This document shows positions 7,907 through 17,167 of a DNA stretch of 64,000 nucleotides, piece by piece. A model generated the notes under the pieces. It saw only the letters and a list, made by a program, of their open reading frames with translations. It was not told the origin of the DNA and did no database searches. A program made the translations under genes and the position numbers. Every line of letters starts with the position of its first letter. Within the stretch, counting starts at the first letter, position 1. The DNA comes from a virus (taxonomy: Duplodnaviria; Caudoviricetes), in IMG/VR virus record IMGVR_UViG_3300026432_000013, positions 1-64,000 of that record; one strand, given 5' to 3'.

Positions 7907-9583
7907 TCACATCCTATCGTATCCAAATGTTCCACCACCAGAAGGCATGAAGTCATAATCAAGGTTAGTACTAGGCTCATGTAGAGCAAGTATTCTGTCA
8001 AGAGCTATATACGCATATGTCAATGAACAAGCCAAGTGGTCATCCCCTACACGTGTTACCCTTTCATACACTTCTCCATCTTCCTCTTCCATTATGGTTC
8101 TCACGTTCTTTAAATGTTTAGTCAACATATCCAGCTTCTCACACTGACCAAACATACCTATCGACCTTGCTTTCAGGTTGTATAGAGTACGCTTCATCTT
8201 AGTAGTCTTGTCAACCCTTACACGTCTACCTTTGTCATTCCATGCATCCACAAGAGGTATTGAAGTCCTTGGTGTATCCCAGTCACACGCATATACCCTA
8301 CCAGGGAACTGTTGCATTAAGTAACTGTTACGGTCAGCACCAAAACCATTATCGGCAACAATAACATCAGGGTCAAATGGCTTGAGTAAGGCTGTGAATA
8401 TGTTAACGCTCTCTAGAGGTTTGTTAGGGTTATCAGCTACCCAATGCAGGTCTAGTAGGTCTACACGGTTGTCATGAGTAAGCCCTAGCACTACCATCCA
8501 GTTGAAGTAACCCCAGTCTACTCCAGCTACAATCTTCTGATACTTTGAATAATCCCTGTAACCTATTGGCTCCTCATACTTCTTACATGCAAGTATGTCT
8601 TGGTCAGTGATAAGCAAGCCTTCAGACGCATAAGGTATACCAATAACGTAGTTATAGAACAATTGCTTAATCTTATACTGGAATTGGTTACGCATTATCT
8701 CATCAGCGTTAATCCATACAGCATCTAACTGACTGATGTGGTAGCCACGTATCTCATGCACATCTGGGTGCTTTGCTACATACTCACCTTGATGCCAACG
8801 ATTAAGGGCTTGCTTACACTTACTACAGATGAACATGAACGTTCCATCCTGTATCTGTTCCCTTACTATATCAATACCATTCTCCTTGACCTGTAGTATG
8901 TTATCCTCAACAGTAAGAAATTGCCAATGCCCACACTTCTCACACTTGTGATGATAAAAGCGCTGGTCACTCTTCTGGAATAGTAAATCCACCCCACGAC
9001 CAGGTATAGTAGGGGTACTCCAACGTCTCATTAGACCATAAGCAGATGACTTCATAGACTCACGGAAGGCTAGCTCTACTCCATCTTTCATACGGTCATA
9101 CTCATCTAGACCTAACATATCAATATCGGTACCCTCACCTAGTGCGCTTCCCCATGCTGAACGTAGGAACAACACCGACTGATTAGTAAGCTTTTTAAGA
9201 CGAACGTTGTTCATCTTAGGGTCAAGACGACTAGACAAGTAAGCTGATTCAGTGAAGATAGGTGTTATACGAGTGTTACTAAAATCCTCCATTTGCTCTT
9301 TACGTGGGAACGTATACATGGCTTTGGTATTTGGATGAGTATCCAAGAACCATGTGAACTCTGTGATAGCCATCTCTGACAGACCTAACTGACGGGACTT
9401 ACGTACTACCTTATCAGGATGCTGGTCATTAAGGATGTCTATCTGCCAAGGTCTATGTTTGATTGCATTCTTCGTACTATGGAATGTAAGGGGGTTTCCC
9501 TTGATGAATCTATGTCTTAATGCGTATAGAGATGGTGTCTTGTTTATCAGCATCTCTTGCAGTTGAGCTTTACTTATTTGCAT
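7907..9583 (-). CDS. terL: Terminase large subunit (GpA/Herelleviridae-like)
   Basis: Walker A-like VRKSRQLGLSE, Walker B LGLDEYD, STPT coupling motif, CxxC zinc ribbon, RNase H-like GVDWG. Confidence 0.93.
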   Translation of the reverse strand: MQISKAQLQEMLINKTPSLYALRHRFIKGNPLTFHSTKNAIKHRPWQIDILNDQHPDKVVRKSRQLGLSEMAITEFTWFLDTHPNTKAMYTFPRKEQMEDFSNTRITPIFTESAYLSSRLDPKMNNVRLKKLTNQSVLFLRSAWGSALGEGTDIDMLGLDEYDRMKDGVELAFRESMKSSAYGLMRRWSTPTIPGRGVDLLFQKSDQRFYHHKCEKCGHWQFLTVEDNILQVKENGIDIVREQIQDGTFMFICSKCKQALNRWHQGEYVAKHPDVHEIRGYHISQLDAVWINADEIMRNQFQYKIKQLFYNYVIGIPYASEGLLITDQDILACKKYEEPIGYRDYSKYQKIVAGVDWGYFNWMVVLGLTHDNRVDLLDLHWVADNPNKPLESVNIFTALLKPFDPDVIVADNGFGADRNSYLMQQFPGRVYACDWDTPRTSIPLVDAWNDKGRRVRVDKTTKMKRTLYNLKARSIGMFGQCEKLDMLTKHLKNVRTIMEEEDGEVYERVTRVGDDHLACSLTYAYIALDRILALHEPSTNLDYDFMPSGGGTFGYDRM

Positions 9584-9613
9584 CTTTCTCCCTCCTTAAT
9601 AGATAAAGGGGGT

Positions 9614-10003
9614 CTACACCCCCTTCTTAGCCACCGACATATCGGCATCGTCATTAGCCTTGTTAAGCTCCTTCATCATATCAGCAAGTAAGCCACTGAT
9701 AGCAGGGTCTTCAAGGTCAATAAGTTCAGCCACCTTATTAATCTTAACCTCATCTAGGTCACTAAGCTGTTCAGTACGCTCAGTCACATCACCCATAAGA
9801 AGTAGGTCTAGCTTAATAATCTCAGCTAACTCTTTAGCGTTCCTAATCCCTTCTACCTTGCCTTGAGCCAAGTCTTCAAAATAGGTATCAATCAGGTTTC
9901 TGACTGTCATCCTATGCTCTTGCTTAGACTCCTCTACACTCTCAGGTAAGGTAGCTTTGCGGAAGGACGCTGATAAGCTTGATACCAGTGTTGGACGTTT
10001 CAT
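9614..10003 (-). CDS. Putative terminase small subunit
   Basis: Directly upstream of terL; helical GKVEGI..KLDLLLMGDVTER pattern recalled from SPO1/Twort-like TerS. Confidence 0.55.
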   Translation of the reverse strand: MKRPTLVSSLSASFRKATLPESVEESKQEHRMTVRNLIDTYFEDLAQGKVEGIRNAKELAEIIKLDLLLMGDVTERTEQLSDLDEVKINKVAELIDLEDPAISGLLADMMKELNKANDDADMSVAKKGV

Positions 10004-10031
10004 GGTATCCCTCCTTTCTTTGAAAAAATAC

Positions 10032-10060
10032 AAAAAAGACGTGTATCAATGATACACGCC
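10032..10060 (-). terminator. Intrinsic terminator
   Basis: GCGTGTATC/GATACACGT hairpin plus U-tract. Confidence 0.7.
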
Positions 10061-10079
10061 TGTTATACCAGTTATTCTA

Positions 10080-10625
10080 TTAGTCTCCATCTTCCTCATC
10101 ATCTTCTTCAGTATGCCCTAGCCAGAACATGCCTAGCTCCATGTCATCATCATACTCTACATCTAAATCCCCAAAGCCTGGTACAGAGTAAATGCCTGTT
10201 GGCTCAAGCCCTACCATCTCTAAGGTCTCTGGGTTGAACTTAACCATATCAGGGTCTACACCCTCTTTCACCTGATAGTCACGTACAGCCAACAACAATT
10301 GCTCGTTCATCTGTTTAATAGCTAGGTCTGGGTCTGTCTTATTGAGGTGATTACGAACAGCCTTATCATTAGCTTCCTTAGTACTCTTACCAAGGAAGTC
10401 ATCCATATACATTACCTGTACGTCTGGGTTATTCTTCAACAAGCCTGTTAGGAAGTCTCCAGTTGGAGTACCATCTCCACCACTAGCTTCAAACAATGTA
10501 CAAAGTTCTGGGTCATCGTAGTCCACTGGGATATTCTTAGCCTTCATCTCCTCGAATACATCAATGAACTTACACACCTTTTCATGTATGCAATCCTTAC
10601 AACTCTCTAACGTATAGCCTGCCAT
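10080..10625 (-). CDS. Hypothetical protein with Cys-rich N-terminus
   Basis: CKDCIHEKVC..C; acidic; SD AGGAG. Confidence 0.8.
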   Translation of the reverse strand: MAGYTLESCKDCIHEKVCKFIDVFEEMKAKNIPVDYDDPELCTLFEASGGDGTPTGDFLTGLLKNNPDVQVMYMDDFLGKSTKEANDKAVRNHLNKTDPDLAIKQMNEQLLLAVRDYQVKEGVDPDMVKFNPETLEMVGLEPTGIYSVPGFGDLDVEYDDDMELGMFWLGHTEEDDEEDGD

Positions 10626-10636
10626 TGTATCTCCTC

Positions 10637-11764
10637 CTAGTTCGTTTTAGATTTACGGAATAGCTTATTACGTTCAGCTTCATACTCTTTCTTATGACTA
10701 GCAAGAGTCTTGTCTGATAGGTCTAGAGATGCAGTAATCTCTTTCTTATGAGCCTTGATAGCCTCTAACTTAGCTAATAGTAATGCTTCCTCATCTTCTA
10801 GCAAGTCTAGGGATGACTTAGCACTCTCATGCTCATTAGCATTGTCTACCTGAAGTTGTTTGTAATACTCAAAGGCATTCTTCAACTCTTCTACCTGTTG
10901 TATTACAATGTTACGGTTGATATGCTTGGCAAAGCCAAAGTCCTCTTCATAGTAAGTAATGATTCTACCGTCAGCTTTACCCCAAAGGTAAACAAAGTTA
11001 TCAGCATCAAAGTAGTACGCAATACCTTCCTCATCTTCAAACAGTAGCTCTGTAGTAGGAGCATTGAACGCTTCTAGAATCATTGGCTTGATTTCAGATA
11101 CATTCTGTAGGAAATGCTTTTGAGCCTTCTCTAACGATGTAACATGTAGTAATAGCTTACGTTGTACGAACCTACCACCAGCATGAACTGTTACACTGTT
11201 ATCTTGCTTAGGCTCTATTACCTCTAGCTCTTTAGGTTCATATGCTACCACATGACCATCAGGGGTTACTATACCTTTAGGCTTCACCTCTTCAGCTTTA
11301 GGCTTCTCTATAGCATAGATAGGGTACAATCTAGTAACCTCTAGCTTTACCTCATCTTGCCACAAATGCTTACTGAAGGTATTCTCCATTGCTGGAAGAT
11401 ACATATCCAAATCAGCTCTAGTTAACTCTCTATCATTCCTACCATCTCTACGAAGTCTTAGGGTTTCACCTGGTATTAGACACTTTAACTCTAGAGCTGT
11501 CTCACCTCCAGGTCTAACATGACGTACAACGTACCAATCATCCCACAACCTCTCTACATTAGTAGCTAGCTTCATAGTTCTTAGAGCCTTATCCATTAAC
11601 TCAGCCATTTGCTCTTTAGCTTTAGTTAGCTCCCATTTAATAGCCTTCTCAGCCTCTTTGAATTCTGATACACCAGTTATCTCTTTCAACAACTCCTTAT
11701 GGCTACAGATTTCTAAGTATTTGCTTCTCAATTTTTGTACCAATTCGTTACTGAACACTCCCAT
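10637..11764 (-). CDS. Hypothetical coiled-coil protein
   Basis: Long ORF with heptad-rich termini; start reassigned to MGVFS. Confidence 0.8.
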   Translation of the reverse strand: MGVFSNELVQKLRSKYLEICSHKELLKEITGVSEFKEAEKAIKWELTKAKEQMAELMDKALRTMKLATNVERLWDDWYVVRHVRPGGETALELKCLIPGETLRLRRDGRNDRELTRADLDMYLPAMENTFSKHLWQDEVKLEVTRLYPIYAIEKPKAEEVKPKGIVTPDGHVVAYEPKELEVIEPKQDNSVTVHAGGRFVQRKLLLHVTSLEKAQKHFLQNVSEIKPMILEAFNAPTTELLFEDEEGIAYYFDADNFVYLWGKADGRIITYYEEDFGFAKHINRNIVIQQVEELKNAFEYYKQLQVDNANEHESAKSSLDLLEDEEALLLAKLEAIKAHKKEITASLDLSDKTLASHKKEYEAERNKLFRKSKTN

Positions 11765-11940
11765 GCTCACAACCCCCTTTGCTCTAAAAGAAGGGAACAA
11801 GTCCCAAATCTTCTCCTTCCTACAAAACTGTTAGAAGGTGCTCCATCATCCTATAACATGTCTCTTGCAGGTGGGACGTTCCTATGGCTCGCTAGCTTTT
11901 TTCTTTACGTACTTCGTACGTAATTTAAAGCTTTTAAGTA

Positions 11941-12020
11941 TTTATTTTTTAATTTAAAAAAGAGTATATTTAAAGTCTCTTTTAAGTATTTATATCTTTA
12001 AACTCTTATAAAAAATTTAA
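11941..12020 (+). repeat. AT-rich imperfect palindrome, copy 1 (inverted copy at 52900-52975)
   Basis: AAAAAGAGTATATTTAAAGTCTCTTTTAA versus AAAAAGAGTATTTAAAAGTTCTCTTTAA. Confidence 0.65.
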
Positions 12021-12213
12021 GTGCGAAAGCCTACACTACGTACGATGAAAACGAGACCATAGATGAAACAGAGAGAGAAAACATACAGTACCAAAATGTG
12101 TACAGTTGATATTTGTAGGAGTTGAAGGCACAAAAAGAAAAAGAGGAAGGAAGATGAACATAGGTAAAAGATGAACCTTATAGAGAATTAGCAGTTATTA
12201 TATCTATTTAGTA

Positions 12214-12273
12214 CGAAAGGTTGGTGGTGGGGTAATTGGTGGTGAAGAGAGTATCTGATATACGAACGTCGAT
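12214..12273 (+). repeat. ~100-bp polar repeat, 5' half copy
   Basis: CGAAAGGTTGGTGGTGGGGTAATTGGTGGTGAAGAG...CGAAC. Confidence 0.75.
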
Positions 12274-12285
12274 TACTATCTAAGA

Positions 12286-12600
12286 CTGCCCCACGGGTTC
12301 TGGGGACGCTAGGCGTCCTAGTGCTGCCCCACGGACTGCTGGAATGCCTAGGCACTAGTGCTGCCTCTGCTGTATCAGGCAGTGCATAAGCCCTGTCCTG
12401 CGCCACGCAAATGCTTGATGTTAATAGCCCGTGTATATCGTATTATTCGTATATTAAGAGTATGCTGCCCCAAGGATATCGTGTTATTGTGATATAGTCC
12501 GTATATATCGTATTATTCGTATATTGAGAGTATGTGTTTTAGTATATTGTGTTTTGTGTATATATTAAGTGTGTAATATGCATATATCGTATTATTAGTA
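12286..12600 (+). repeat. Short direct-repeat complex
   Basis: CTGCCCCA x3 (12286, 12324, 12465), CTAGTGCTGCC x2, TATATCGTATTATT x3 plus variants (12434, 12475, 12504, 12543, 12583). Confidence 0.8.
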
Positions 12601-12666
12601 TACTAAAAGGGAAATATATAAGAAAGAGAGAATATTAAAACATTATTATATATTTATATTAAAGAT

Positions 12667-12756
12667 AAGGGTTGTGGTGGGGGAACTGGTGGTGAAGCGA
12701 TACCTCGCTCTTCTTTATATGAAGCAAGATTCTAGCTAACCCTCATAGAAACGTAC
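12667..12756 (+). repeat. ~100-bp polar repeat copy
   Basis: GGGTTGTGGTGGGGGAACTGGTGGTGAAG...GATTCTAGCTAACCCTCATAGAAA. Confidence 0.75.
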
Positions 12757-12789
12757 AGGGCTAGGTTATAACCCCACTCTAGGTAGGGA

Positions 12790-12825
12790 AACGTCCTTGA
12801 CTTTTACCCCAGTTCGTGGTAAACT
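12790..12825 (+). promoter_or_regulatory. SigA-type early promoter, AACGTCC class
   Basis: AACGTCC-TTGACT-N17(CGTG)-TAAACT. Confidence 0.85.
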
Positions 12826-12921
12826 TAGTTCAAGAGGAAGAGGGCACCACACCAGAGCAACACACGGACGGTACCCACGACCTACACAAAAAACTCAAGA
12901 GCGAAAAGGAGACTGATTAAG

Positions 12922-13326
12922 ATGGCTAAAAAACAACAAAAGGTAGACGCAGTGAAACACGTAGAGGAAAACGGCTTCCCAGAGGTAGGGCACTTCACAG
13001 AGAAGAAAGACCTACAGAAGTTCTACAAACAACTTGATGATGTAGTACTAGGGGAGTGGATTGCTATCGAAGGACTAGAGTTCAAACCTTGTGAGGACAG
13101 TGAGGCTATCAACCGCATGCGGATGTGTATGGCTATCCTTTACCTACACTTCCCTAAACAACCTTCTGCTAAGAAGAAAGCTAAGTACGCAGACTACACT
13201 ATGGAACAGCTTATGAAGATGTGCCTAGACAACGACGTAGCAGTAGAGTACACTGAGAGTGAACAAATCATGCGTATGAGAACTATCATGGCGCTACGTG
13301 CAGCAGGTCACATCGAGAAAGCTTAG
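12922..13326 (+). CDS. Tandem helix-extended-helix-like nucleic acid-binding protein, paralog family
   Basis: Two copies of an RMRxxMA-ending helical unit; KKKAKY linker; four other members in window. Confidence 0.8.
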   Translation: MAKKQQKVDAVKHVEENGFPEVGHFTEKKDLQKFYKQLDDVVLGEWIAIEGLEFKPCEDSEAINRMRMCMAILYLHFPKQPSAKKKAKYADYTMEQLMKMCLDNDVAVEYTESEQIMRMRTIMALRAAGHIEKA

Positions 13327-13395
13327 GGTTGCTAGGCTACCCCCTACGGGGGGTATCCCATGGAGCTAGTAAGCTACCTAGACTAAAGGAGTGGT
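13327..13395 (+). ncRNA. Structured intercistronic RNA element, copy A
   Basis: CTAG, UACG hairpin, TGGA hairpin with bulged A, CTAG, SD; covaries across copies. Confidence 0.75.
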
Positions 13396-13399
13396 TAGT

Positions 13400-13570
13400 G
13401 TGAACAACTTTTGGAAAGCTGTAAAGTCCCTAGAGGGTAAGACTGTGAGTAAGGTGTTAGAGGACGAGGTGAGTGGGGGTATCTGTATCAAGTGTACAGA
13501 CGGCACTAGTGTGTCAGTATCTGTGGATGCAGAGGAGCTAGACCTACAAGCAGTAGTGAACGAGGACTGA
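13400..13570 (+). CDS. 56-aa hypothetical protein (GTG start, not in ORF track)
   Basis: SD AAAGGAGTGG; VNNFWKAVKSLEGKTV... Confidence 0.7.
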   Translation: MNNFWKAVKSLEGKTVSKVLEDEVSGGICIKCTDGTSVSVSVDAEELDLQAVVNED

Positions 13571-13574
13571 GTGT

Positions 13575-13641
13575 CTGCTAGTGCACACCCTACGGGGTGT
13601 GTATCCTGGAGCTACTTAGCTACCTAGACAAAAGGAGTGGT
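13575..13641 (+). ncRNA. Structured intercistronic RNA element, copy B
   Basis: Same architecture as copy A. Confidence 0.75.
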
Positions 13642-13966
13642 AAGTGTGGGTAAAACTAAAACGTACGTACCTGAGTGGGTTATTCTGGAGGAGAACTCAC
13701 CTAGTGAGATGCACTATTTCCGTATGGTAGGCAGTGATGCACGTGAGTACGAGGGCACTGAGAGTATCTGGGTGGTTATCCTAGACCAAGTGCAGGAGGG
13801 AGAGTTCTGTGCCTCTATCGTGGCAGTGAACGACTCGTTAGTGGGCAGTGTAGTACCCCTGATGAGTACTGGAGTAGTGAGTGAGCAGAGTGCTAGGAAC
13901 AACCTAGAGTACTTGATGCGGTACGCTCGTAAGGGTATCGTGAGTGTAGGAGGTGGTCTACTATGA
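13637..13966 (+). CDS. Hypothetical protein
   Basis: SD AAAGGAGTGG; true start likely GTG at 13646. Confidence 0.75.
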   Translation: MVSVGKTKTYVPEWVILEENSPSEMHYFRMVGSDAREYEGTESIWVVILDQVQEGEFCASIVAVNDSLVGSVVPLMSTGVVSEQSARNNLEYLMRYARKGIVSVGGGLL

Positions 13967-14118
13967 AGACCGCAAGAACGATTAAGCGTGTGCTAGTGGT
14001 AACGGGAGCGTGTACGCTCCTTTACCTAGCATGTAACCTAGTGTATACTGCATGCACATGGACGTATCCAGGAGTAGACAAGCAGTTAGAAGCATATCAA
14101 GACACCTACAGTAAGTAG
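13963..14118 (+). CDS. 51-aa membrane-anchored peptide (not in ORF track)
   Basis: ATGA overlap; SD AGGAGG; TM segment; followed by a terminator. Confidence 0.65.
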   Translation: MKTARTIKRVLVVTGACTLLYLACNLVYTACTWTYPGVDKQLEAYQDTYSK

Positions 14119-14130
14119 GTGTCTATTTTT
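14101..14130 (+). terminator. Intrinsic terminator
   Basis: GACACCTAC/GTAGGTGTC hairpin plus T-tract. Confidence 0.75.
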
Positions 14131-14357
14131 GTGCGTTTGTGGGTGTAGGGCATCTTTTAGCCCGTTTTGGGGCTTTTGTGAGTGCAAAGGCTTTCGGGTT
14201 CAAACCTGCTTCAGAGAGAAATTTGGGTAGAAAACTAGTAGCTCAAAAATCCTGTTTGGTGTGTTGTTCGGTTGTGAATTTCGTTTCAAAATCAGTCAGA
14301 ACCATTTGTATATGAAAGAGAGAGAAGAGAGAAATTTGAGTATAAAAGATATATGAG

Positions 14358-14460
14358 CGAAGGGTTGTTGTTGGGTATATTGGTGGGGAGAAAGTAATTG
14401 ATAAGCGAACTCCGATTGCTTTATTTGAAAGGATTTTCTAGGTAACCCCCATAGAAAGCC
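14358..14460 (+). repeat. ~100-bp polar repeat copy
   Basis: CGAAGGGTTGTTGTTGGG...CGAAC..GATTGCTTTA...GATTTTCTAGGTAACCCCCATAGAAA. Confidence 0.8.
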
Positions 14461-14497
14461 CAACAGGGCTAAGGATACCGTCCATCCTATACCCGTG

Positions 14498-14533
14498 AAC
14501 GTCCTTGAGTATTCCGCCCACCCGTGATATAAT
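14498..14533 (+). promoter_or_regulatory. SigA-type early promoter, AACGTCC class
   Basis: AACGTCC-TTGAGT-N17(CGTG)-TATAAT. Confidence 0.85.
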
Positions 14534-14601
14534 TTATTCAAGGGGGGGCGGGGTTACCGCCCACTACCAAAATCGCCCACGAGGGCTAGGAGGAATATGA
14601 T

Positions 14602-15009
14602 ATGAGTAAAAAAGTGAATATCAACGGTAAAGTAGACGCTATGGAATGGATTACTACGAATAATGGGTATCCTGAGGTAGGTATCTTCGAGGATAAGAAA
14701 TGGCTACAAAAATTCTATAAGCAACTTCCTGTAGAGGTATTAGAGGATTGGTGTAGCGTAGAAGGATTGGAGTATAAGCCTAATGATAATGAACAGATTC
14801 ATAGAATGAGAGTATGTATGGCTATCCTATACTTCCACTATCCTAAGGAGCCATCTACTAAGAAGAAAGCTAAATATGCAGACTATACTATGGAGGCACT
14901 TATGACACTATGCCTAGATAATGATATAGCTGTAGAATATACAGATAGTGAGCAGATTATGAGAATGCGTACTATTATGGCACTACGTGCAGCTGGTAAG
15001 ATTCAGTAA
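14602..15009 (+). CDS. Tandem helix-extended-helix-like protein, paralog family
   Basis: Close paralog of 12922..13326 (e.g. KKKAKYADYTME...SEQIMRMRTIMALRAAG). Confidence 0.85.
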   Translation: MSKKVNINGKVDAMEWITTNNGYPEVGIFEDKKWLQKFYKQLPVEVLEDWCSVEGLEYKPNDNEQIHRMRVCMAILYFHYPKEPSTKKKAKYADYTMEALMTLCLDNDIAVEYTDSEQIMRMRTIMALRAAGKIQ

Positions 15010-15078
15010 GTTGCTAGTACTCCCTCTACGGAGGGGGTATCATGGAACCTATTGGTTACCTAGTATAGAAGGAGTGGT
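15010..15078 (+). ncRNA. Structured intercistronic RNA element, copy C
   Basis: Compensatory AACC/GGTT in hairpin 2. Confidence 0.75.
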
Positions 15079-15082
15079 AAGT

Positions 15083-15331
15083 ATGTGTGAAGTATTTGTA
15101 CCTATTAGTGAGTCCGATAGAGAGTGGCTACGTGAGTATCTGCGTGAGGTGTGTGTGATACATGATACCGTTACTGAGTACCGTGTATTATATACTCCAG
15201 GTGTAGGCACTGAGATAGAGTTGTATGGGTGTGTAGATGCAGAATCCTTCTACGTGAGTGATATAGACGGTGTAGAGTATTGGAGTAGATATCTGCGTGA
15301 GAAGGGCTTCCCTAGATATATGTATGAGTAA
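15083..15331 (+). CDS. Hypothetical protein
   Basis: Start reassigned to MCEVF after SD AAGGAGTGG. Confidence 0.75.
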   Translation: MCEVFVPISESDREWLREYLREVCVIHDTVTEYRVLYTPGVGTEIELYGCVDAESFYVSDIDGVEYWSRYLREKGFPRYMYE

Positions 15332-15337
15332 GTGTGT

Positions 15338-15369
15338 AACCCTAGTACCGTGTGTACTAGGGTTTTTCT
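15338..15369 (+). terminator. Intrinsic terminator
   Basis: AACCCTAGTAC/GTACTAGGGTT hairpin plus T-tract. Confidence 0.75.
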
Positions 15370-15495
15370 ATGCCCTTTTCTGCTTCTATGTGAGTTGTAT
15401 ATCAACTCTGTAAGTCGATTTCTCTCAAAGGTGAAAGGGTTCAAAGATTGAAGCAGGAGAAATTCGAGTAAGTGAGTGTTAGAACTTTCAATAGG

Positions 15496-15599
15496 CGAAA
15501 GGTTGGTGGAGGGGATGAATGGTGGGAAGAGTTTCTGATGAGCGAACCGAATTGCTTTAATAGGAAGTGAGTTTGTAGGTACTCCCCATAGAAACGAGC
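15496..15599 (+). repeat. ~100-bp polar repeat copy
   Basis: CGAAAGGTTGGTGGAGGGG...CGAAC..ATTGCTTTAA...GGTACTCCCCATAGAAA. Confidence 0.8.
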
Positions 15600-15643
15600 A
15601 TAAGAACACCCTACATACGTTTGTGTATGTAGGGTGTATATAG

Positions 15644-15865
15644 TCATAAGTACTTATCATCCTCTGTATACCAGCCAGTATCAAAGTGGTAGCCTACCCG
15701 TTTGGGTATGGTGTGGTTAGCTATCTCCTCTAGAGTGAGTGCTACTATAGCATCTATATCCTCCTGGCTACAGTCTGATGCGTATATATTCTCGTTCTCT
15801 ATAGCCTTGTTTATCTCTGCTACTACCTGCTCCTGTATAAGCTTTCTTAGGGTATCCTGCTTCAT
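15644..15865 (-). CDS. Hypothetical protein
   Basis: Probable paralog of 15867..16097. Confidence 0.7.
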   Translation of the reverse strand: MKQDTLRKLIQEQVVAEINKAIENENIYASDCSQEDIDAIVALTLEEIANHTIPKRVGYHFDTGWYTEDDKYL

Positions 15866-15866
15866 A

Positions 15867-16097
15867 CTAGCAGTCCTCCTCTATATCGAATCTATTATTT
15901 ACATTAGGTGTAATGATAGCTTCATGCAAGTCTCCTAGGATATTATCTGCTATAGCATTAATGTCACTATAGGTATAACCTACAGTGTCGTATCCTATCT
16001 TTTCCATACTAGCATTATGCGCTTCTATATTTAGCTTAATCTCATTACATAGCCATGTTCTTACTACTGTTGGTATATCTTTATATGGTTGACTCAT
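15867..16097 (-). CDS. Hypothetical protein
   Basis: SD AAAAGGAG; EI..IE..N...DI.AI...L pattern. Confidence 0.75.
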   Translation of the reverse strand: MSQPYKDIPTVVRTWLCNEIKLNIEAHNASMEKIGYDTVGYTYSDINAIADNILGDLHEAIITPNVNNRFDIEEDC

Positions 16098-16102
16098 ATT
16101 AA

Positions 16103-16169
16103 CTCTCTCCTTTTATCTGTGAGTATAGGTATTCCAGAGATAGCCCTGCGTACAAGGCTACCTAGCAAT
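16103..16169 (-). ncRNA. Structured intercistronic RNA element, degenerate copy F
   Basis: TTGCTAG, TACG hairpin, TGGA, SD; hairpin 2 eroded. Confidence 0.55.
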
Positions 16170-16171
16170 CT

Positions 16172-16468
16172 CTATACGTGAGTAGTGCATCCTAGGAACA
16201 CTTTAGTTGGTAAGTACAGGATAGTATTAGGGTCGTCTACATATACAAAGCGTACCCAGACACTGTCCCTAGGGTTAGTATACTCTACTTGAGCGAATAG
16301 TGCTTGGAAGTCCTCTGGTACCTCTCTGTACCTAGAGATGCCTAGCACCTTAACCGCTCCCTGCTCCATATCTTGTAGCCCATTAGCGAATGTAGGGTAT
16401 AAATTCCACCAGCTATCTGGCTTTACCTCTATAGTGATGTGTGCATCTGCATTACCTAATTCGTGCAT
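16172..16468 (-). CDS. Hypothetical protein
   Basis: WVxFxYxD...YxP..F shared with 17641..17958. Confidence 0.75.
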   Translation of the reverse strand: MHELGNADAHITIEVKPDSWWNLYPTFANGLQDMEQGAVKVLGISRYREVPEDFQALFAQVEYTNPRDSVWVRFVYVDDPNTILYLPTKVFLGCTTHV

Positions 16469-16508
16469 ATTAACCTCTCCCTTATATGTAATACTAGGGG
16501 CTATGCCC

Positions 16509-16883
16509 CTAGCTGATATAGTATACCTGAACCTCTACTCCGTTGGCTAGGGTACGCTGGTAGCAGCCTATGTGGACTACTACACAGTCCTCTAGCCCAC
16601 AGTGGCACTCTATCTGCTTCTCTAGGTGCTCCATACTAACGCACCCTGTCATCCAGTTCTCCTCTACCTCACTATGGTCTAGAGTATCTGCATAGTGGTG
16701 CAGGTAGTGTGCCGTGGTTAGGATAGTATCCTCATCTCTATTTTTACTATCCAGAATATGGTACTCTCTGTCATACTGGATAGTAGTTACCTCTGCTTCT
16801 AGCCCATCGTTGAGCCTAATAGCCTTTACTGCCTCATCTACGTGTCCTACAGGAATATCGTGGCTACCGTATACAATAATCAT
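16509..16883 (-). CDS. Hypothetical protein
   Basis: Operon-packed ORF. Confidence 0.75.
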   Translation of the reverse strand: MIIVYGSHDIPVGHVDEAVKAIRLNDGLEAEVTTIQYDREYHILDSKNRDEDTILTTAHYLHHYADTLDHSEVEENWMTGCVSMEHLEKQIECHCGLEDCVVVHIGCYQRTLANGVEVQVYYIS

Positions 16884-17068
16884 TGCATATCCTCCCCTAT
16901 CATAATGTCTTCCTTACAGCTAGGGCAGATATGGATAGTACCAGGCTCCTGTAGAGCGATACTAGATATCATATCCATTGTATACGTTTCCCCTAGGAAC
17001 GCCTCAGCAGTTGCCTTATCCCAATCCTCTACACTACTCTCTACTCCACAGTGTACACATTCTACCAT
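16880..17068 (-). CDS. Small zinc-ribbon protein
   Basis: CVHC...CPSC. Confidence 0.75.
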   Translation of the reverse strand: MVECVHCGVESSVEDWDKATAEAFLGETYTMDMISSIALQEPGTIHICPSCKEDIMIGEDMQ

Positions 17069-17118
17069 TACTATCTCCTCCTAGTCTCTAGTAGGAGCAC
17101 CCCTGCTCCCTTGAAGAA

Positions 17119-17154
17119 ATTATACCACGGAGCAGGGGAAAGTTCAAGGACGTT
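17119..17154 (-). promoter_or_regulatory. SigA-type early promoter, AACGTCC class
   Basis: AACGTCC-TTGAAC-N17(CGTG)-TATAAT. Confidence 0.85.
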
Positions 17155-17167
17155 CCCCTACCCTAGA

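Noticed and set aside
12434-12600. Mini-CRISPR from TATATCGTATTATT repeats
   Set aside because: Repeats are short and degenerate, spacing is irregular, spacers resemble each other, and there are no cas genes
14190-14215. tRNA T-loop-like GGGTTCAAACC (similar at 15437)
   Set aside because: The T-stem does not pair beyond 2 bp, and there is no acceptor stem, D-arm or anticodon arm
5548-15684. Minus-strand ORFs 5548..5769, 12188..12406, 14296..14541, 15250..15684, 15441..15647
   Set aside because: They are translations of C-rich repeat DNA (Pro/His/Ser-rich), lack an SD and overlap regulatory elements
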